A program made the position numbers and the translations under genes. Source: a virus (lineage: Duplodnaviria; Caudoviricetes). Taken from it: 42,116 nucleotides of DNA. The stretch is from positions 1-42,116 of IMG/VR virus record IMGVR_UViG_3300030397_000728; one strand, 5' to 3'. Of this stretch, positions 1 to 7,408 are shown in pieces (position 1 is the stretch's first letter; every line of letters starts with the position of its first letter). The notes below the pieces were generated by a model. It made no database searches. It was not told the origin of the DNA and worked only from the letters and a program-made list of their open reading frames with translations.

Positions 1-48
1 TATCTTTTTCACCTATCTGTATTCTCTCAAGTTTATGTTTCATTATCA

Positions 49-327
49 TTATCCTATGAATAGCCATTCAAGGCCCAAAAGAACAGGGTATCCGACAGCA
101 ACAGTCAAAACAGAGTTTCTAATCAATTTACGTACAAAAGCTAGTTTCTTCTTGAGTGGTTTACGTGCGTTTGTAGTGCCTTTTTTATTAATTGAATCTG
201 CTGATAATACCGCTCGTTTCTTATGTTTAAGTTTTGAGCGTATAACACGGTTTTGGCGGGTTTCAGACTGTTCGTATGACTTCCAGACATTGTTAGCGGT
301 ATCTTTAACCAGTTCAATTGTTTTCAT
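49..327 (-). CDS. Hypothetical basic protein with C-terminal hydrophobic segment (92 aa)
   Basis: ORF with RBS AAGGA 6 nt before ATG; Lys/Arg-rich body, hydrophobic C-terminus. Confidence 0.7.
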   Translation of the reverse strand: MKTIELVKDTANNVWKSYEQSETRQNRVIRSKLKHKKRAVLSADSINKKGTTNARKPLKKKLAFVRKLIRNSVLTVAVGYPVLLGLEWLFIG

Positions 328-392
328 GTTAGTTCCTTATGATTTATAGTGCGTAATTAGTACTAATGACAGTGTATCACTATTTGATTTGA

Positions 393-437
393 TACTATGT
401 TAGATATATTACTATCTTAGATATATTACTATCTTAG
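393..437. repeat. 17-bp tandem repeat TAGATATATTACTATCT x2 plus partial copies
   Basis: Exact copies at 401-417 and 418-434; each contains the inverted repeat AGATA-N6-TATCT. Confidence 0.85.
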
Positions 438-592
438 CAATCTGCTGCTTTCTCGCTAATGATATTAAGTATCGCCCATGTATCGCCATCATTCAATATA
501 ATATCTTCAATCGCTATGATATAATCCAAGAATTGTAGTCCATCAGCCATACTATCAACTATGTTTTTTGCTTCCTTTAGAGATTCACTCAT
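434..592 (-). CDS. Small acidic hypothetical protein (52 aa, MSESLKEAKNIVDS...)
   Basis: Translated by hand (below track cutoff); starts 9 nt after upstream stop, AGGA upstream. Confidence 0.55.
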   Translation of the reverse strand: MSESLKEAKNIVDSMADGLQFLDYIIAIEDIILNDGDTWAILNIISEKAADC

Positions 593-601
593 GATTTTCA
601 C

Positions 602-766
602 TTATCCTATTAGAATGTATTCTACTAATAATGCCAGTCCCCATACGGTTGCAACTGATATAGCAATGCCAACGATGAACAGTAGAGTTATCATATCTTT
701 ATTAACTTGCTCTTGTGTTCTGTTCCGGTAGTAGTCTATCATTTGTTGCATTTGGTATGCGTTCAT
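602..766 (-). CDS. Small single-TM membrane protein (54 aa, MNAYQMQQ...)
   Basis: Track ORF 602..937 trimmed to ATG at 766 preceded by GAAGGA; C-terminal TM helix. Confidence 0.6.
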   Translation of the reverse strand: MNAYQMQQMIDYYRNRTQEQVNKDMITLLFIVGIAISVATVWGLALLVEYILIG

Positions 767-829
767 ATGGTGGTATCCTTCGTGTGTTGTGTTTGGTATT
801 GTCTGTGTTGCCCTCATTATAGCGGCCCA

Positions 830-1170
830 ACGAAAATTTATAAGTAAGAACAAATACAATTCAAAAAAATAGACAGAAATTAAATTTAACAAAAAGGTTA
901 AATAAGAAGAAATTGAAGGAATTTTCAAAAAAATCACACTCTAAAAATCCTGTCTGTAAGAAAAATTCCAATCTCGAAAAATCCCTGAAAATCCGCCAGC
1001 CGCAGCCGCCGGAAAATTTTTGGCAAAATTTTTCAAAAAATGCTAAAAAATTCAAAAATCAAGCAATGAAAAATTATTTTTTTGAAAATTTTTATAAGAA
1101 AACAATTATAAAGAGTGAAAAATGGGGGTTTACTCGACTAGGGTTAGAAAACTGATACTTTTGATAACCG
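830..1170. other. Non-coding A-tract-rich block with short GC-rich core (candidate origin or packaging/terminus site)
   Basis: Many AAAAT(T/C) tracts, about 10-12 bp apart at 1013-1059, around CCGCCAGCCGCAGCCGCCGG (993-1012). Confidence 0.4.
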
Positions 1171-1225
1171 CTTAAAAAAGCTAACTAAACCCCTCATTTC
1201 TCTCTGGTAGAGGGCTATAACTGCC

Positions 1226-1276
1226 TTAAAAACAAAAGAGAGGACTCAGTTACAGTTAAGTAACTAAATCCTCTCT
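1226..1276 (-). terminator. Intrinsic terminator of the leftward operon
   Basis: Hairpin AGAGAGGA..AGTTAC/GTAACT..TCCTCTCT followed on minus strand by TTTGTTTTT. Confidence 0.7.
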
Positions 1277-1314
1277 GGTAGCTCTCAGAGCGGTTACATA
1301 CAATTATAGTTTGG

Positions 1315-1902
1315 TTACTGTAAATCAATATACTTATCCAGTATTTTAACCACTTTATTTCTATCTGTAATTGACACAATTTGATTTGGAGACATAATTT
1401 TAAGTCCAAGAAGTATTGAATGCGCTCTTGATACCATATCTTTAGGCCATCCATAAAAGTTAACCATTGTTTGTTGATTAACTTGTTTGCCTCTTTCTGC
1501 TAAATCATACATGGTTAAGCATAATTGAAACAATGTATGTTTAGCGTCTGAGCGTGATTTACTAAATTCTAATCGTTTAATCTCCAAATCTTTGAATGTT
1601 TCATGTATTTTTGAGAGAAGTGTATCAAAGTGTTGTTCACTCCAATTTTCATCTGATAATTCAATAATTGGAACATCATGAGGATACCAATACTTCCAGC
1701 ATATGATTAGACTAGAATCAGCTAAATCTAACTTAGTTATCTCATCAGCATCATATGTAATATAAGCATCAATATCAATACCCGCATAATGCAGATGTAC
1801 TTCATTAACAGAATACACTGATTTTAACTCAAATGGTGTTTTCCAGATGTTTTGACAGAAATAAGCCAGAACTTCAATATCACTCTGTGGATTAAATTCC
1901 AT
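1315..1902 (-). CDS. Hypothetical protein with probable C-terminal winged-helix domain
   Basis: RBS AAGGAG; C-terminal 70 aa align with the C-terminus of 4674..5357. Confidence 0.7.
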   Translation of the reverse strand: MEFNPQSDIEVLAYFCQNIWKTPFELKSVYSVNEVHLHYAGIDIDAYITYDADEITKLDLADSSLIICWKYWYPHDVPIIELSDENWSEQHFDTLLSKIHETFKDLEIKRLEFSKSRSDAKHTLFQLCLTMYDLAERGKQVNQQTMVNFYGWPKDMVSRAHSILLGLKIMSPNQIVSITDRNKVVKILDKYIDLQ

Positions 1903-1914
1903 ATTTATTCTCCT

Positions 1915-2418
1915 TTATACAATCATTGGAAATTGTGAAATATTACTTGGTATAGATACTAATGTTTCACTACATAAGATTAGTACTTCAGATACAAACT
2001 CAGGTGGCAGATTAACTTCTTGACTGAGTTTTGTTATATCAATTTTATGTATTTCTTGTTTTTCATAGTGATTGATTAGATGCCAAAATAATATTTGTGA
2101 TTTTTCTCTATTAGATACTGTATTGATGTTGCTTTTAACAGAATTTAATCTAGGAGGAAAATTGTATAATCTAATTGGATTACTAGTTTCATCATCATAA
2201 CTAAGCCATCCATTTTCACAATTATAATCTTTGAACAAATCATACAAAAAATGAATAATCGTTGATGGTTGTTCTGTTTCTACACAACCTAGTAAAATCA
2301 GTTTATTGGGATTACCTTCTTGAAGCGATTGTATCGTTTCTATAATGTTATTACCAGTAACCCCAATCTTGATTTTATTTGTTCCTTCACATTTAACAAC
2401 ATAGACTATTTCGCTCAT
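1915..2418 (-). CDS. T5orf172/MUG113-like GIY-YIG family protein (degenerate) with C-terminal HTH-like segment
   Basis: VYVVK...KIKIGVT...LQEGNPNKL motif; RBS AAGGAG. Confidence 0.7.
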   Translation of the reverse strand: MSEIVYVVKCEGTNKIKIGVTGNNIIETIQSLQEGNPNKLILLGCVETEQPSTIIHFLYDLFKDYNCENGWLSYDDETSNPIRLYNFPPRLNSVKSNINTVSNREKSQILFWHLINHYEKQEIHKIDITKLSQEVNLPPEFVSEVLILCSETLVSIPSNISQFPMIV

Positions 2419-2431
2419 TTATTCTCCTTAA

Positions 2432-2548
2432 TCAACATACGAACCAGCATATAGATGCACCAACAATAAATACAACAATTGGTATAAGAATTATCATGAT
2501 GCAAACAAGAATCAACCAGGGTATAATCACTTGATTAAAAAATTTCAT
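2432..2548 (-). CDS. 38-aa hydrophobic membrane peptide (MKFFNQVIIPWLILVCIMIILIP...)
   Basis: Translated by hand; ATGA overlap with upstream stop, fills the operon gap. Confidence 0.6.
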   Translation of the reverse strand: MKFFNQVIIPWLILVCIMIILIPIVVFIVGASICWFVC

Positions 2549-3531
2549 ATGGTTGTTTCCTTTTGGTTGATTTTAGCAACATGATAATTACCATCACCAT
2601 TAAGATAAATCATACCTGCTTCTTTAGTCAATCTAAATTGCTTACGTGCATGTGATTCAGACCAGACATCCTGTAGTTTAGCAAACTGATTACCACTACT
2701 GATTTTATTTTTACTAATTATTGATTTGACGTAATCACTAGCCTCTGAATCAATTATGCAATCATCTGATTTACTTTCCTTCTTACGTGATTTTGCTTTA
2801 TTTGCCTTAGTAGAATCATTACGCTTATTTTTTGAAACAGGGGTGATTCTCTCAGAGGAATCATTGCTTTTGTTTTCCTGATTCTTAGCTTCTAGTTTAT
2901 TATCAAGCCATTTATGAGCATTAGAAAAAAGCAGCATATTGATTTTACTAAATAAACTGATTTGAAGAACATCCTTGATAACTTCAGAATCAATTTCAAC
3001 CTGATTCTCTTGTAGTGCTTTAATCTTACCATATGAAAGCATAGCAACTACTGAGATACTAGGAAGAAGCAACCAAGCTGCTGAAGCAACTGTAATTCCG
3101 TTGTCTGTAAGCACCTTATAAGCAAAAGTCATCAGGAAGATAATCAGGTAATACGAAGTCAGTAGATTTTGTAGTGTCTGCTTACCACTGCTTTTCTTTG
3201 TACGAAACAAGTTAAAGGATAGTACCAATGGAAGAATCTCAATTGTACCAACTAATGAAGCTGCTGCTGCGTCGTCCATAATCGGTGAGAAAACATACCA
3301 TAATGTAATCATGTTGGGTAAAATAGCCATGAATGGTAATCCACTGAGGCCCACTTCAGCCAACATTTGTTCAAGGCGCTCAATTGCGTTAGTTATTACT
3401 TTCGCACCTTGATTAGTGGTTACTTCAACTAATTCACCTAGATTAAACCACCATCGTTTGTATCTCTTAACAATGGGCCACTGTTTAGTTGTATACCCAT
3501 TTTTATCGATGTCTCTTATTTTTTCAGTCAT
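2545..3531 (-). CDS. Multi-TM membrane protein with basic linker and C-terminal wHTH-like domain (DUF2637/Spd-like architecture)
   Basis: About 4 hydrophobic helices, charged linker, terminal helix-helix-wing pattern (SESHARKQFRLTKEAGMIYLNGDGNYHV); RBS AGGAG. Confidence 0.55.
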   Translation of the reverse strand: MTEKIRDIDKNGYTTKQWPIVKRYKRWWFNLGELVEVTTNQGAKVITNAIERLEQMLAEVGLSGLPFMAILPNMITLWYVFSPIMDDAAAASLVGTIEILPLVLSFNLFRTKKSSGKQTLQNLLTSYYLIIFLMTFAYKVLTDNGITVASAAWLLLPSISVVAMLSYGKIKALQENQVEIDSEVIKDVLQISLFSKINMLLFSNAHKWLDNKLEAKNQENKSNDSSERITPVSKNKRNDSTKANKAKSRKKESKSDDCIIDSEASDYVKSIISKNKISSGNQFAKLQDVWSESHARKQFRLTKEAGMIYLNGDGNYHVAKINQKETTI

Positions 3532-3545
3532 TTGTAATCTCCTAA

Positions 3546-4007
3546 TTAATCGTGATAGATAGTTTTACTAATACAAGTTGTTCCTACTCTACCATCTGGA
3601 TAAATAAGATTTACTCGAACACAAGGAGATTCTTGTATAATTCTTCCTTGAGAATTCATTGTTGGTAACAAACCAGGATGATGATGGTTATCTCGAACGT
3701 CTTTGAAGTGATTATTAGGTATATTGATAATGTCTATCCATAATAGTCTCAGTTCTTCAATTATTACGTTAGAATCCAATCCCCAATTTTGTAACCATCC
3801 AGATTCATTATTTTCCTGAGAATTATTAATTTGAGCAGTTGTATCTTCAGGAATAGATAATGCTTTAACAACCGTAGGATTGTTTGGTTGTGAGTATGGA
3901 AATGCTATGATTAAAATTACAAATACAGCACTAAGAATGATAATCCAATATCCTCTAAAAATACTATCCTTTGTATTAGTTCTTTGTGCGCTCTCGAAAT
4001 TGTACAT
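3546..4007 (-). CDS. Membrane-anchored hypothetical protein
   Basis: N-terminal TM helix; RBS AAGGAGG. Confidence 0.7.
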   Translation of the reverse strand: MYNFESAQRTNTKDSIFRGYWIIILSAVFVILIIAFPYSQPNNPTVVKALSIPEDTTAQINNSQENNESGWLQNWGLDSNVIIEELRLLWIDIINIPNNHFKDVRDNHHHPGLLPTMNSQGRIIQESPCVRVNLIYPDGRVGTTCISKTIYHD

Positions 4008-4008
4008 A

Positions 4009-4263
4009 TTAGTCCTCCTTTGGTTTCATTGAGAAATACAAATTAAACCATATAGAAATCCATGTAATTTTGAAAACAATATGTTCAAAATTAGAAAAAT
4101 TTGGAAACATTAGATAAACAGTTGTAATAATCAAAGTAGAAATAATTCCAGATAGACAATATCTTTCAAGATTATCTTCAACACCGTTTTCTACAATATC
4201 ATCAATATATTTGAAAATGGGTTCATAAATACTTTTTTTATTCTTCATCGATATTAACCCCAT
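4009..4263 (-). CDS. Small 2-TM membrane protein
   Basis: Two hydrophobic segments; operon packing (start may be 4248). Confidence 0.65.
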   Translation of the reverse strand: MGLISMKNKKSIYEPIFKYIDDIVENGVEDNLERYCLSGIISTLIITTVYLMFPNFSNFEHIVFKITWISIWFNLYFSMKPKED

Positions 4264-4456
4264 GCCATTTATCTATTGATTCTCGTTTAATAAATGTTCT
4301 ACCAGACTTATTTTTCATAGAAACTAATTTATTTTGTCTAATTAGCCGATACAATGAAGATTCACTTCTATCAGCATACATTTGTGCTTCCCTAATCGTT
4401 AGCCAGTCTTGTTCTAGTAATTCTTGTAATGCTTGGATTCTTTTATAAATATTCAT
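4238..4456 (-). CDS. Excisionase-like helix-turn-helix DNA-binding protein (HTH_17 type)
   Basis: WLTIREAQMYADRSESSLYRLIRQNKL...GRTFIKRESIDKW pattern. Confidence 0.85.
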   Translation of the reverse strand: MNIYKRIQALQELLEQDWLTIREAQMYADRSESSLYRLIRQNKLVSMKNKSGRTFIKRESIDKWHGVNIDEE

Positions 4457-4458
4457 GA

Positions 4459-4674
4459 TTACTCCTTGTTTTTAGGTGTTAAGATAAAGAAAAACATTGC
4501 ACTTAGGGTTATAGAATAAATAAACATTGGTATATCAATGCGAATTATATTCAGAATGGCATAAATTAAAATAATGATTCCAAAACCAAACACTATTGAA
4601 AATCTTAATCTAATTAGAATTGCAGATATACCATTTGAAAACATATCTGAAATAAGTTTTAACAAAATTTCCAT
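4459..4674 (-). CDS. Small 2-TM membrane protein
   Basis: Hydrophobic 71 aa, TAATG coupling to upstream gene. Confidence 0.7.
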   Translation of the reverse strand: MEILLKLISDMFSNGISAILIRLRFSIVFGFGIIILIYAILNIIRIDIPMFIYSITLSAMFFFILTPKNKE

Positions 4675-5357
4675 TAGTTATCTCCTAAGTATTCATACAG
4701 TTTCTCTACTACAGTTTCTCTATCAGCAATAAGAATATCTCTATCAGATGAGATAATCTGTGTATTAATTAGTGCTTTTGTGGCTTTAGCCCATGCAGGT
4801 TGGGCCATACCTTCTCCGTCTTTACCAGTCATAGCTGCCTTAGTAATTTTCTTAGATTCAATTGCTCTATTCCACAACCATATAGCGTTATCAAAAATCA
4901 CTTGACTTCTTTTATCTAATTCCATTTGCATAACTCGTTGTGGTGTAACTTCTAATTCATCATTTGCAAAACCATTAGATTTATCTTGTATACCAAATTC
5001 TGGTGCATCTTGGAGAAGAGTATCAATACGTAATTTCAAACGTGTATTCTCTGCTTTAAGTTTTTGAATTTTAGGTTCCTGCATTGCTTTACCGAGGAAA
5101 ATTGAAATATCATCATTTAGAAACCTACCAACTGTTATAATTGCTGTTGCTGCTAATACTACTTGGGCAGTCAACATAGCAAAATATGTAATTTGTGGGT
5201 GTCTCAAAGGGACGCTAGTTTCTCCGGTAAAAACCATAAATATAAATGAGCCTACAGCAAAAGCTGCAATATATCCAAAAATTGGGGCCATTAAATTTTC
5301 AATTATAGGTTTGATAAAAATATCGAAATTAGTTTTTTCCTTTGGAATATTGTTCAT
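4674..5357 (-). CDS. 2-TM membrane protein with coiled coil and C-terminal wHTH-like domain
   Basis: RBS AGGAG before ATG at 5357; two TMs; KLKAENTRLK coiled coil; C-terminus paralogous to 1315..1902. Confidence 0.7.
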   Translation of the reverse strand: MNNIPKEKTNFDIFIKPIIENLMAPIFGYIAAFAVGSFIFMVFTGETSVPLRHPQITYFAMLTAQVVLAATAIITVGRFLNDDISIFLGKAMQEPKIQKLKAENTRLKLRIDTLLQDAPEFGIQDKSNGFANDELEVTPQRVMQMELDKRSQVIFDNAIWLWNRAIESKKITKAAMTGKDGEGMAQPAWAKATKALINTQIISSDRDILIADRETVVEKLYEYLGDN

Positions 5358-5399
5358 GTGTGTTTCTCCTATGACTGACATTTAACTGTCACATAATAT

Positions 5400-5554
5400 G
5401 TAAATAAAAACCCACATAAGTGGGTAATGAATCTTGATTTCTAATTTCAGGAGGGTAATCCCATTGACTACCCTCCACCGCTACTGAGGAAATGAGTACG
5501 ATTGACTAAATTAACTATTGAGAGTGAGAGCAATACGACTCTTGGCTCAGATAT
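5400..5554 (-). ncRNA. Putative structured leader or sRNA (about 150 nt) ending in a terminator
   Basis: Downstream of a consensus promoter; hairpin GGAGGGTAGTC/GATTACCCTCC; terminator ACCCAC-TTAT-GTGGGT-TTTT. Confidence 0.5.
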
Positions 5555-5560
5555 AAATAC

Positions 5561-5589
5561 AGTATAACATATTAATTTACTGATTGCAA
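5561..5589 (-). promoter_or_regulatory. Sigma70-type promoter (extended -10)
   Basis: TTGCAA-17bp-TATACT with TG extension. Confidence 0.7.
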
Positions 5590-6545
5590 ATTTTTGTTTG
5601 TGTTTCAATATATTCGTCTAATAACTCTTTAGGGAAATCTTTTACTTTGGCCCACTTGAATCCTGCGTGTGTCCATCTATGTTTTCCATCACAATTAGTC
5701 CAACTAACATTAGTATATTGTGTACAACATTCAGAAATTTTAGAAGGAATAAATTTATTATTACTTTTTTTGATACAAGTTATACTTTCATATATTTCTA
5801 AAATTTTATTATCTAATGATAATCGAATTATTGGAATTTTTTTACTATCATTACAATATGTCTTCATATGAGAAACATCAACCATATCTCCTATAGATAT
5901 GGTTTCACATAAATGTTCTAATTTACACCAAAAATATCCATTATTACTATATCTATGTGTACCATCTGTATGAATCCAATTAACATCTGCAAATTGCATA
6001 CAACAATTGGAAATATTCCCTGTTAAAGAGTTTACACTTTTAGCGGCTTCCGTTACAGAGTTGTGTATTAATAAAACCTTTCCTTCAAATGAAATTTGCG
6101 CCACTTTGATTTTTACTTGCCCATCTGATATTTTGCGTTTTGTTTCTTCAGTAACTTGAGTACCAGACGAACCCAAACCACCATAATCTAAATTAGTCAA
6201 ACAACCTTTTTTTAAGTCTAATCTACCATAATGATAAATTGCAGTAACTTCAAGGCTAAAAGCTTCTAACTCACAATTAGTTTCATAGATTATTTTATGT
6301 AGAATTTTTTTATTATTACGAACAGACTTTCGTATTTTGTTAAGTTTATGAGCATTATCATCTGTATTACAAGCATCAGCAAAATGATTGAATACTCTTT
6401 TGTCTTTTCCTTTACCTACATAAAAAGGCTCAGTATCACCTTCAATCCATAATTCATATACATAAAATTCTAATTCAGGATTTTCTCTTCCAATTGTGGT
6501 TAATTTATAACCGTTAGTTGTATAAGTAAGTTCTGTATTATTCAT
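5577..6545 (-). CDS. GIY-YIG homing endonuclease with NUMOD3 and two NUMOD1-like repeats
   Basis: FYVYEL...PFYVGKG..KRVFNH...EAFSLE...LTN; TEETKRKIS; two KV/IxxxSxxxKI/L..xSxT..IS.CC repeats; RBS AGGAG before ATG 6545. Confidence 0.85.
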   Translation of the reverse strand: MNNTELTYTTNGYKLTTIGRENPELEFYVYELWIEGDTEPFYVGKGKDKRVFNHFADACNTDDNAHKLNKIRKSVRNNKKILHKIIYETNCELEAFSLEVTAIYHYGRLDLKKGCLTNLDYGGLGSSGTQVTEETKRKISDGQVKIKVAQISFEGKVLLIHNSVTEAAKSVNSLTGNISNCCMQFADVNWIHTDGTHRYSNNGYFWCKLEHLCETISIGDMVDVSHMKTYCNDSKKIPIIRLSLDNKILEIYESITCIKKSNNKFIPSKISECCTQYTNVSWTNCDGKHRWTHAGFKWAKVKDFPKELLDEYIETQTKICNQ

Positions 6546-6653
6546 TTTATTCTCCTGTTTGATAATTGTGATAGTTAAATTTATTGTATCAAATAAATAT
6601 TTGAAAATCAATTATTTGTTACCGAAATACTTTTTTAGACAAAAATACAACAT

Positions 6654-6683
6654 TATGTAAAAATTCTTACATATTACTATAAT
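6654..6683 (+). promoter_or_regulatory. Near-perfect 20-bp palindrome adjoining a TATAAT box upstream of terS
   Basis: TATGTAA-AAATTC-TTACATA (6654-6673), TATAAT at 6678-6683. Confidence 0.4.
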
Positions 6684-6710
6684 TTACAGAATTCCATTAA
6701 GGAGGTTAAT

Positions 6711-7394
6711 TTGAAGCAATTAAAAAATGTTACGAGTACAAATGTTAAAGAAGAAATTGTAGTTGGAGAAATAGAGCAGCTTTTACCTGTTGAGTTTGTG
6801 GACCAGTTAAACTCAGAGGATGGAATAAGTTCTGAATATTTAGAAACTTCTGCTCCTTGGTTAAAATTAAAGGGAGAAACCGAAGAAGAGTACCAGTTGT
6901 ATTTAATTTATCAAGGTTTACCACAACATACTTGGAATCTACGAAAAGTATTTCATGAGTTTGACTTGTATTTCAACTCAGAAACAGTTACAAGAGTATC
7001 TTTTAATAAATTCAAAGTAATAGCTGAAAAGAATCATTGGCATGTAAGAAGATATGCAAACATCCTATATAATGATTGGTTGATACAACAAGAAGATATG
7101 CGTCAACAATTAATGATGATTGCAGATTATCGTAGAAATCAATCAGAATTAGCTAAGAAAGCTACTGAAGCTTCTTTAGTTTTAATGGATAAATTAACCA
7201 CTAAAATTAATTCTATTGATTTCGATGACATTCGTACTGTGGATATTCCTAAGTTTTTGAGTGCTGTAAAAGAAATTACAGCTATGGCTGCTGATAGTGA
7301 AGCAAGATTACTTAGTATCAATATGTTATTAGATTTACACAGTAAAGAGATTGCTGAAATGTTTGAACAAGATACAATTGAAATAATAACATAA
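6711..7394 (+). CDS. terS: Terminase small subunit (putative)
   Basis: Directly before terL; PW..xGET...Y..Y...W..R pattern and helical C-terminus; AGGAGG + TTG start. Confidence 0.7.
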   Translation: MKQLKNVTSTNVKEEIVVGEIEQLLPVEFVDQLNSEDGISSEYLETSAPWLKLKGETEEEYQLYLIYQGLPQHTWNLRKVFHEFDLYFNSETVTRVSFNKFKVIAEKNHWHVRRYANILYNDWLIQQEDMRQQLMMIADYRRNQSELAKKATEASLVLMDKLTTKINSIDFDDIRTVDIPKFLSAVKEITAMAADSEARLLSINMLLDLHSKEIAEMFEQDTIEIIT

Positions 7395-7408
7395 TTGGAG
7401 TGTAATCT

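Noticed and set aside
861-1155. ORFs 861..1055 and 913..1155
   Set aside because: Phe- or Lys/Asn-rich translations of A-tract DNA without RBS
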